From assembly GCF_009914755.1 (NCBI RefSeq), contig NC_060926.1: DNA of 64,000 nucleotides, one strand, 5' to 3'. Below the pieces are notes generated by a model. The model made no database searches. It was not told where the DNA came from and worked only from the letters and a program-made list of their open reading frames with translations. How positions within the stretch are numbered: position 1 is the first letter of the stretch; every line of letters starts with the position of its first letter. This DNA is from the human T2T-CHM13v2.0 reference genome, Homo sapiens. Made by a program: the position numbers and the translations under genes. Below are positions 50,845 through 62,230 of the stretch, piece after piece.

Positions 50845-53800
50845 TGAAAACTAGACAGAAGCATTCTCAGAATCTTATTTGTGATGTGCGCCCTCAACTA
50901 ACAGTGTTGAAGCTTTCTTTTGATAGAGCAGTTTTGAAACACTCTTTTTGTAAAATCTGCAAGAGGATATTTGGATAGCTTTGAGGATTTCGTTGGAAAC
51001 GGGATTGTCTTCATATAAACTCTAGACAGAAGCATTCTCAGAAGCTTCATTGGGATGTTTCAATTGAAGTCACAGTGTTGAACAGTCCCTTTCATAGAGC
51101 AGGTTTGAAACACTCTTTTTGTAGTATCTGGAAGTGGACATTTGGAGCGCTCTCAGGACTACGGTGAAAAAGGAAGTATCTTCCAATAAAAGCTAGATAG
51201 AAGCAATGTCAGAAACTTTTTCATGATGTATCTACTCAGCAAACAGAGTTGAACCTTTCTTTTGAGAGAGCAGTTTTGAAACACTCTTTTTGTGGAATCT
51301 GCAAGTGGATATTTGTCTAGCTTTGAGGATTTCGTTGGAAACGGGATTACATATAAAAAGCAGACAGCAGCATTCCCAGAAACTTCTTTGTGATGTTTGC
51401 ATTCAAGTCACACAGTTGAACATTCCCTTTCATAGAGCAGGTTTGAAACACTCTTTTTGTAGTATCTGTATGTGGACATTTGGAGCGCTTTCAGGTCTAT
51501 GGTGAAAAAGGAAATATCTTCCCCTGAAAACTAGACAGAAGCATTCTCAGAAACTTATTTGTGATGTGCGCCCTCAACTAACACTGTTGAACCTTTCTTT
51601 TGATAGAGCAGTTTTGAAACACTCTTTTTGTAATATCTGCAAGAGGATATTTGGATAGCTTTGAGGATTTCGTTGGAAACGGGATTGTCTTCATATAAAC
51701 TCTAGACAGAAGCATTCTCAGAAGCTTCATTGGGATGTTTCAAATGAAGTCACAGTGTTGAACAGTCCCTTTCATAGAGCAGGTTTGAAACACTCTTTTT
51801 GTAGTATCTGGAAGTGGACATTTGGAGGGATCTCAGGAATACGGTGATAAAGGAAATATCTTCCAATAAAAGCTAGATAGAAGCAATGTCAGAAACTTTT
51901 TCATGACGTATCTACTCAGCTAACAGAGTTGAACCTTTCTTTTGAGAGAGCAGTTTTGAAACACTCTTTTTGTGGAATCTGCAAGTGGATATTTGTCTAG
52001 CTTTGAGGATTTCGTTTGAAACGGGATTACATATAAAAAGCAGACAGCAGCATTCCCAGAAACTTCTTTGTGAAGTTTGCATTGAAGTCACAGAGTTGAA
52101 CATTCCCTTTCATAGAGCAGGTTTGAAACACTCTTTTTGTAGTATCTGTATGTGGACATTTGGAGCGCTTTCAGGCCTATGGTGAAAAAGGAAATATCTT
52201 CCCCTGAAAACTAGACAGAAGCATTCTCAGAAACTTATTTGTGATGTGCGCCCTCAACTAACAGTGTTGAAGCTTTCTTTTGATAGAGCAGTTTTGAAAC
52301 ACTCTTTTTGTAATATCTGCAAGAGGATATTTGGATAGCTTTGAGGATTTCGTTGGAAACGGGATTGTCTTCATATAAACTCTAGACAGAAGCATTCTCA
52401 GAAGCTTCATTGGGATGTTTCAATTGAAGTCACAGTGTTGAACAGTCCCTTTCATAGAGCAGGTTTGAAACACTCTTTTTGTAGTATCTGGAAGTGGACA
52501 TTTGGAGCGCTCTCAGGACTACGGTGATAAAGGAAATATCTTCCAATAAAAGCTAGATAGAAGCAATGTCAGAAACTTTTTCATGATGTATCTACTCAGC
52601 TAACAGAGTTGAACCTTTCTTTTGAGAGAGCAGTTTTGAAACACTCTTTTTGTGGAATCTGCAAGTGGATATTTGTCTAGCTTTGAGGATTTCGTTGGAA
52701 ACGGGATTACATATAAAAACCAGACAGCAGCATTCCCAGAATCTTCTTTGTGATGTTTGCATTCAAGTCACAGAGTTGAACATTCCCTTTCATAGAGCAG
52801 GTTTGAAACACTCTTTTTGTAGTATCTGGATGTGGACATTTGGAGCGCTTTCAGGCCTATGGTGAAAAAGGAAATATCTTCCCCTGAAAACTAGACAGAA
52901 GCATTCTCAGAATCTTATTTGTGATGTGCGCCCTCAACTAACAGTGTTGAAGCTTTCTTTTGATAGAGCAGTTTTGAAACACTCTTTTTGTAAAATCTGC
53001 AAGAGGATATTTGGATAGCTTTGAGGATTTCGTTGGAAACGGGATTGTCTTCATATAAACTCCAGACAGAAGCATTCTCAGAAGCTTCATTGGGATGTTT
53101 CAGTTGAAGTCACAGTGTTGAACAGTCCCTTTCATAGAGCAGGTTTGAAACACTCTTTTTGTAGTATCTGGAAGTGGACATTTGGAGCGCTCTCAGGACT
53201 GCGGTGAAAAAGGAAATATCTTCCAATAAAAGCTAGATAGAAGCAATGTCAGAAACTTTTTCATGATGTATCTACTCAGCTAACAGAGTTGAACCTTCCT
53301 TTGAGAGAGCAGTTTTGAAACACTCTTTTTGTGGAATCTGCAAGTGGATATTTGTCTAGCTTTGAGGATTGCGTTGGAAACGGGATTACATATAAAAAGC
53401 AGACAGCAGCATTCCCAGAAACTTCTTTGTGATGTTTGCATTCAAGTCACACAGTTGAACATTCCCTTTCATAGAGCAGGTTTGAAACACTCTTTTTGTA
53501 GTATCTGGATGTGGACATTTGGAGCGCTTTCAGGCCTATGGTGAAAAAGGAAATATCTTCCCCTGAAAACTAGACAGAAGCATTCTCAGAATCTTATTTG
53601 TGATGTGCGCCCTCAACTAACAGTGTTGAAGCTTTCTTTTGATAGAGCAGTTTTGAAACACTCTTTTTGTAAAATCTGCAAGAGGATATTTGGATAGCTT
53701 TGAGGATTTCGTTGGAAACGGGATTGTCTTCATATAAACTCTAGTCAGAAGCATTCTCAGAAGCTTCATTGGGATGTTTCAATTGAAGTCACAGTGTTGA

Positions 53801-56800
53801 ACAGTCCCTTTCATAGAGCAGGTTTGAAACACTCTTTTTGTGGTATCTGGAAGTGGACATTTGGAGCGCTCTCAGGACTGCGGTGAAAAAGGAAATATCT
53901 TCCAATAAAAGCTACATAGAAGCAATGTCAGAATCTTTTTCATGATGTGTCTACTCAGCTAACAGAGTTGAACCTTCCTTTGAGAGAGCAGTTTTGAAAC
54001 ACTCTTTTTGTGGAATCTGCAAGTGGATATTTGTCTAGCTTTGAGGATTTCGTTGGAAACGGGATTACATATAAAAAGCAGACAGCAGCATTCCCAGAAA
54101 CTTCTTTGTGATGTTTGCATTCAAGTCACAGAGTTGAACATTCCCTTTCATAGAGCAGGTTTGAAACACTCTTTTTGTAGTATCTGGATGTGGACATTTG
54201 GAGCGCTTTCAGGCCTATGGTGAAAAAGGAAATATCTTCCCCTGAAAACTAGACAGAAGCATTCTCAGAATCTTATTTGTGATGTGCGCCCTCAACTAAC
54301 AGTGTTGAAGCTTTCTTTTGATAGAGCAGTTTTGAAACACTCTTTTTGTAAAATCTGCAAGAGGATATTTGGATAGCTTTGAGGATTTCGTTGGAAACGG
54401 GATTGTCTTCATATAAACTCTAGACAGAAGCATTCTCAGAAGCTTCATTGGGATGTTTCAATTGAAGTCACAGTGTTGAACAGTCCCTTTCATAGAGCAG
54501 GTTTGAAACACTCTTTTTGTAGTATCTGGAAGTGGACATTTGGAGCGCTCTCAGGACTGTGGTTAAAAAGGAAATATCTTCCAATAAAAGCTACATAGAA
54601 GCAATGTCAGAATCTTTTTCATGATGTGTCTACTCAGCTAACAGAGTTGAACCTTCCTTTGAGAGAGCAGTTTTGAAACACTCTTTTTGTGGAATCTGCA
54701 AGTGGATATTTGTCTAGCTTTGAGGATTTCGTTGGAAACGGGATTACATATAAAAAGCAGACAGCAGCATTCCCAGAAACTTCTTTGTGATATTTGCATT
54801 CAAGTCACAGAGTTGAACATTCCCTTTCATAGAGCAGGTTTGAAACACTCTTTTTGTAGTATCTGGATGTGGACATTTGGAGCGCTTTCAGGCCTATGGT
54901 GAAAACGGAAATATCTTCCCCTGAAAACTAGACAGAAGCATTCTCAGAATCTTATTTGTGATGTGCGCCCTCAACTAACAGTGTTGAAGCTTTCTTTTGA
55001 TAGAGCAGTTTTGAAACACTCTTTTTGTAAAATCTGCAAGAGGATATTTGGATAGCTTTGAGGATTTCGTTGGAAACGGGATTGTCTTCATATAAACTCT
55101 AGACAGAAGCATTCTCAGAAGCTTCATTGGGATGTTTCAATTGAAGTCACAGTGTTGAACAGTCCCTTTCATAGAGCAGATTTGAAACACTCTTTTTGTA
55201 GTATCTGGATGTGGACATTTCGAGCGCTTTCAGGCCTATGGTGAAAAAGGAAATATCTTCCCCTGAAAACTAGACAGAAGCATTCTCAGAAACTTATTTG
55301 TGATGTGCGCCCTCAACTAACAGTGTTGAAGCTTTCTCTTGATAGAGCAGTTTTGAAACACTCTTTTTGTGGAATCTGCACGTGGATATTTGTCTAGCTT
55401 TGAGGATTTCGTTGGAAACGGGATTACATATAAAAAGCAGACAGCAGCATTCCCAGAATCTTCTTTGTGATGTTTGCATTCAAGTCACAGAGTTGAACAT
55501 TCCCTTTCATAGAGCAGGTTTGAAACACTCTTTTTATAGTATCTGGATGTGGACATTTGGAGCGCTTTCAGGCCTATGGTGAAAAAGGAAATATATTCTC
55601 CTGAAAACTAGACAGAAGCATTCTCAGAATCTTATTTGTGATGTGCGCCCTCAACTAACAGTGTTGAAGCTTTCTTTTGATAGAGCAGTTTTGAAACACT
55701 CTTTTTGTAAAATCTGCAAGAGGATATTTGGATAGCTTTGAGGATTTCGTTGGAAACGGGATTGTCTTCATATAAACTCTAGACAGAAGCATTCTCAGAA
55801 GCTTCATTGGGATGTTTCAATTGAAGTCACAGTGTTGAACAGTCCCTTTCATAGAGCAGGTTTGAAACACTCTTTTTGTAGTATCTGGAAGTGGACATTT
55901 GGAGCGCTCTCAGGACTACGGTGAAAAAGGAAGTATCTTCCAATAAAAGCTAGATAGAAGCAATGTCAGAAACTTTTTCATGATGTATCTACTCAGCAAA
56001 CAGAGTTGAACCTTTCTTTTGAGAGAGCAGTTTTGAAACACTCTTTTTGTGGAATCTGCAAGTGGATATTTGTCTAGCTTTGAGGATTTCGTTGGAAACG
56101 GGATTACATATAAAAAGCAGACAGCAGCATTCCCAGAAACTTCTTTGTGATGTTTGCATTCAAGTCACACAGTTGAACATTCCCTTTCATAGAGCAGGTT
56201 TGAAACACTCTTTTTGTAGTATCTGTATGTGGACATTTGGAGCGCTTTCAGGTCTATGGTGAAAAAGGAAATATCTTCCCCTGAAAACTAGACAGAAGCA
56301 TTCTCAGAAACTTATTTGTGATGTGCGCCCTCAACTAACACTGTTGAACCTTTCTTTTGATAGAGCAGTTTTGAAACACTCTTTTTGTAATATCTGCAAG
56401 AGGATATTTGGATAGCTTTGAGGATTTCGTTGGAAACGGGATTGTCTTCATATAAACTCTAGACAGAAGCATTCTCAGAAGCTTCATTGGGATGTTTCAA
56501 TTGAAGTCACAGTGTTGAACAGTCCCTTTCATAGAGCAGGTTTGAAACACTCTTTTTGTAGTATCTGGAAGTGGACATTTGGAGAGATCTCAGGAATACG
56601 GTGATAAAGGAAATATCTTCCAATAAAAGCTAGATAGAAGCAATGTCAGAAACTTTTTCATGACGTATCTACTCAGCTAACAGAGTTGAACCTTTCTTTT
56701 GAGAGAGCAGTTTGAAACACTCTTTTTGTGGAATCTGCAAGTGGATATTTGTCTAGCTTTGAGGATTTCGTTTGAAACGGGATTACATATAAAAAGCAGA

Positions 56801-59800
56801 CAGCAGCATTCCCAGAAACTTCTTTGTGAAGTTTGCATTGAAGTCACAGAGTTGAACATTCCCTTTCATAGAGCAGGTTTGAAACACTCTTTTTGTAGTA
56901 TCTGTATGTGGACATTTGGAGCGCTTTCAGGCCTATGGTGAAAAAGGAAATATCTTCCCCTGAAAACTAGACAGAAGCATTCTCAGAAACTTATTTGTGA
57001 TGTGCGCCCTCAACTAACAGTGTTGAAGCTTTCTTTTGATAGAGCAGTTTTGAAACACTCTTTTTGTAATATCTGCAAGAGGATATTTGGATAGCTTTGA
57101 GGATTTCGTTGGAAACGGGATTGTCTTCATATAAACTCTAGACAGAAGCATTCTCAGAAGCTTCATTGGGATGTTTCAATTGAAGTCACAGTGTTGAACA
57201 GTCCCTTTCATAGAGCAGGTTTGAAACACTCTTTTTGTAGTATCTGGAAGTGGACATTTGGAGCGCTCTCAGGACTACGGTGATAAAGGAAATATCTTCC
57301 AATAAAAGCTAGATAGAAGCAATGTCAGAAACTTTTTCATGATGTATCTACTCAGCTAACAGAGTTGAACCTTTCTTTTGAGAGAGCAGTTTTGAAACAC
57401 TCTTTTTGTGGAATCTGCAAGTGGATATTTGTCTAGCTTTGAGGATTTCGTTGGAAACGGGATTACATATAAAAACCAGACAGCAGCATTCCCAGAATCT
57501 TCTTTGTGATGTTTGCATTCAAGTCACAGAGTTGAACATTCCCTTTCATAGAGCAGGTTTGAAACACTCTTTTTGTAGTATCTGGATGTGGACATTTGGA
57601 GCGCTTTCAGGCCTATGGTGAAAAAGGAAATATCTTCCCCTGAAAACTAGACAGAAGCATTCTCAGAATCTTATTTGTGATGTGCGCCCTCAACTAACAG
57701 TGTTGAAGCTTTCTTTTGATAGAGCAGTTTTGAAACACTCTTTTTGTAAAATCTGCAAGAGGATATTTGGATAGCTTTGAGGATTTCGTTGGAAACGGGA
57801 TTGTCTTCATATAAACTCCAGACAGAAGCATTCTCAGAAGCTTCATTGGGATGTTTCAGTTGAAGTCACAGTGTTGAACAGTCCCTTTCATAGAGCAGGT
57901 TTGAAACACTCTTTTTGTAGTATCTGGAAGTGGACATTTGGAGCGCTCTCAGGACTGCGGTGAAAAAGGAAATATCTTCCAATAAAAGCTAGATAGAAGC
58001 AATGTCAGAAACTTTTTCATGATGTATCTACTCAGCTAACAGAGTTGAACCTTCCTTTGAGAGAGCAGTTTTGAAACACTCTTTTTGTGGAATCTGCAAG
58101 TGGATATTTGTCTAGCTTTGAGGATTGCGTTGGAAACGGGATTACATATAAAAAGCAGACAGCAGCATTCCCAGAAACTTCTTTGTGATGTTTGCATTCA
58201 AGTCACACAGTTGAACATTCCCTTTCATAGAGCAGGTTTGAAACACTCTTTTTGTAGTATCTGGATGTGGACATTTGGAGCGCTTTCAGGCCTATGGTGA
58301 AAAAGGAAATATCTTCCCCTGAAAACTAGACAGAAGCATTCTCAGAATCTTATTTGTGATGTGCTCCCTCAACTAACAGTGTTGAAGCTTTCTTTTGATA
58401 GAGCAGTTTTGAAACACTCTTTTTGTAAAATCTGCAAGAGGATATTTGGATAGCTTTGAGGATTTCGTTGGAAACGGGATTGTCTTCATATAAACTCTAG
58501 TCAGAAGCATTCTCAGAAGCTTCATTGGGATGTTTCAATTGAAGTCACAGTGTTGAACAGTCCCTTTCATAGAGCAGGTTTGAAACACTCTTTTTGTGGT
58601 ATCTGGAAGTGGACATTTGGAGCGCTCTCAGGACTGCGGTGAAAAAGGAAATATCTTCCAATAAAAGCTACATAGAAGCAATGTCAGAATCTTTTTCATG
58701 ATGTGTCTACTCAGCTAACAGAGTTGAACCTTCCTTTGAGAGAGCAGTTTTGAAACACTCTTTTTGTGGAATCTGCAAGTGGATATTTGTCTAGCTTTGA
58801 GGATTTCGTTGGAAACGGGATTACATATAAAAAGCAGACAGCAGCATTCCCAGAAACTTCTTTGTGATGTTTGCATTCAAGTCACAGAGTTGAACATTCC
58901 CTTTCATAGAGCAGGTTTGAAACACTCTTTTTGTAGTATCTGGATGTGGACATTTGGAGCGCTTTCAGGCCTATGGTGAAAAAGGAAATATCTTCCCCTG
59001 AAAACTAGACAGAAGCATTCTCAGAATCTTATTTGTGATGTGCGCCCTCAACTAACAGTGTTGAAGCTTTCTTTTGATAGAGCAGTTTTGAAACACTCTT
59101 TTTGTAAAATCTGCAAGAGGATATTTGGATAGCTTTGAGGATTTCGTTGGAAACGGGATTGTCTTCATATAAACTCTAGACAGAAGCATTCTCAGAAGCT
59201 TCATTGGGATGTTTCAATTGAAGTCACAGTGTTGAACAGTCCCTTTCATAGAGCAGGTTTGAAACACTCTTTTTGTAGTATCTGGAAGTGGACATTTGGA
59301 GCGCTCTCAGGACTGCGGTTAAAAAGGAAATATCTTCCAATAAAAGCTACATAGAAGCAATGTCAGAATCTTTTTCATGATGTGTCTACTCAGCTAACAG
59401 AGTTGAACCTTCCTTTGAGAGAGCAGTTTTGAAACACTCTTTTTGTGGAATCTGCAAGTGGATATTTGTCTAGCTTTGAGGATTTCGTTGGAAACGGGAT
59501 TACATATAAAAAGCAGACAGCAGCATTCCCAGAAACTTCTTTGTGATATTTGCATTCAAGTCACAGAGTTGAACATTCCCTTTCATAGAGCAGGTTTGAA
59601 ACACTCTTTTTGTAGTATCTGGATGTGGACATTTGGAGCGCTTTCAGGCCTATGGTGAAAACGGAAATATCTTCCCCTGAAAACTAGACAGAAGCATTCT
59701 CAGAATCTTATTTGTGATGTGCGCCCTCAACTAACAGTGTTGAAGCTTTCTTTTGATAGAGCAGTTTTGAAACACTCTTTTTGTAAAATCTGCAAGAGGA

Positions 59801-62230
59801 TATTTGGATAGCTTTGAGGATTTCGTTGGAAACGGGATTGTCTTCATATAAACTCTAGACAGAAGCATTCTCAGAAGCTTCATTGGGATGCTTCAATTGA
59901 AGTCACAGTGTTGAACAGTCCCTTTCATAGAGCAGGTTTGAAACACTCTTTTTGTAGTATCTGGATGTGGACATTTCGAGCGCTTTCAGGCCTATGGTGA
60001 AAAAGGAAATATCTTCCCCTGAAAACTAGACAGAAGCATTCTCAGAAACTTATTTGTGATGTGCGCCCTCAACTAACAGTGTTGAAGCTTTCTCTTGATA
60101 GAGCAGTTTTGAAACACTCTTTTTGTGGAATCTGCACGTGGATATTTGTCTAGCTTTGAGGATTTCGTTGGAAACGGGATTACATATAAAAAGCAGACAG
60201 CAGCATTCCCAGAATCTTCTTTGTGATGTTTGCATTCAAGTCACAGAGTTGAACATTCCCTTTCATAGAGCAGGTTTGAAACACTCTTTTTATAGTATCT
60301 GGATGTGGACATTTGGAGCGCTTTCAGGCCTATGGTGAAAAAGGAAATATATTCTCCTGAAAACTAGACAGAAGCATTCTCAGAATCTTATTTGTGATGT
60401 GCGCCCTCAACTAACAGTGTTGAAGCTTTCTTTTGATAGAGCAGTTTTGAAACACTCTTTTTGTAAAATCTGCAAGAGGATATTTGGATAGCTTTGAGGA
60501 TTTCGTTGGAAACGGGATTGTCTTCATATAAACTCTAGACAGAAGCATTCTCAGAAGCTTCATTGGGATGTTTCAATTGAAGTCACAGTGTTGAACAGTC
60601 CCTTTCATAGAGCAGGTTTGAAACACTCTTTTTGTAGTATCTGGAAGTGGACATTTGGAGCGCTCTCAGGACTACGGTGAAAAAGGAAGTATCTTCCAAT
60701 AAAAGCTAGATAGAAGCAATGTCAGAAACTTTTTCATGATGTATCTACTCAGCTAACAGAGTTGAACCTTTCTTTTGAGAGAGCAGTTTTGAAACACTCT
60801 TTTTGTGGAATCTGCAAGTGGATATTTGTCTAGCTTTGAGGATTTCGTTGGAAACGGGATTACATATAAAAAGCAGACAGCAGCATTCCCAGAAACTTCT
60901 TTGTGATGTTTGCATTCAAGTCACACAGTTGAACATTCCCTTTCATAGAGCAGGTTTGAAACACTCTTTTTGTAGTATCTGTATGTGGACATTTGGAGCG
61001 CTTTCAGGTCTATGGTGAAAAAGGAAATATCTTCCCCTGAAAACTAGACAGAAGCATTCTCAGAAACTTATTTGTGATGTGCGCCCTCAACTAACACTGT
61101 TGAACCTTTCTTTTGATAGAGCAGTTTTGAAACACTCTTTTTGTAATATCTGCAAGAGGATATTTGGATAGCTTTGAGGATTTCGTTGGAAACGGGATTG
61201 TCTTCATATAAACTCTAGACAGAAGCATTCTCAGAAGCTTCATTGGGATGTTTCAATTGAAGTCACAGTGTTGAACAGTCCCTTTCATAGAGCAGGTTTG
61301 AAACACTCTTTTTGTAGTATCTGGAAGTGGACATTTGGAGAGATCTCAGGAATACGGTGATAAAGGAAATATCTTCCAATAAAAGCTAGATAGAAGCAAT
61401 GTCAGAAACTTTTTCATGACGTATCTACTCAGCTAACAGAGTTGAACCTTTCTTTTGAGAGAGTAGTTTTGAAACACTCTTTTTGTGGAATCTGCAAGTG
61501 GATATTTGTCTAGCTTTGAGGATTTCGTTTGAAACGGGATTACATATAAAAAGCAGACAGCAGCATTCCCAGAAACTTCTTTGTGAAGTTTGCATTGAAG
61601 TCACAGAGTTGAACATTCCCTTTCATAGAGCAGGTTTGAAACACTCTTTTTGTAGTATCTGGATGTGGACATTTGGAGCGCTTTCAGGCCTATGGTGAAA
61701 AAGGAAATATCTTCCCCTGAAAACTAGACAGAAGCATTCTCAGAAACTTATTTGTGATGTGCGCCCTCAACTAACAGTGTTGAAGCTTTCTTTTGATAGA
61801 GCAGTTTTGAAACACTCTTTTTGTAATATCTGCAAGAGGATATTTGGATAGCTTTGAGGATTTCGTTGGAAACGGGATTGTGTTCATATAAACTCTAGAC
61901 AGAAGCATTCTCAGAAGCTTCATTGGGATGTTTCAATTGAAGTCACAGTGTTGAACAGTCCCTTTCATAGAGCAGGTTTGAAACACTCTTTTTGTAGTAT
62001 CTGGAAGTGGACATTTGGAGCGCTCTCAGGACTACGGTGATAAAGGAAATATCTTCCAATAAAAGCTAGATAGGAGCAATGTCAGAAACTTTTTCATGAT
62101 GTATCTACTCAGCTAACAGAGTTGAACCTTTCTTTTGAGAGAGCAGTTTTGAAACACTCTTTTTGTGGAATCTGCAAGTGGATATTTGTCTAGCTTTGAG
62201 GATTTCGTTGGAAACGGGATTACATATAAA
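50845..62230 (+). repeat. Tandem 28-monomer (7-tetramer) super-repeat, period 4756-4757 bp, about 2.4 copies
   Basis: ORF series 51290/56047/60803, 52650/57406/62163, 53329/58085, 54687/59443, 55367/60123. Shared variants catgacgta, ttcgtttgaa, aaaaccagac, ctagtcag, acatttcgag. Confidence 0.9.

Noticed and set aside
48090-56715. Single-base deletions (ctctcagact at ~48096; gcagtttgaaac at ~56711) that alter ORF lengths
   Set aside because: Isolated homopolymer or dinucleotide-run deletions that may be sequencing errors; no functional inference possible.
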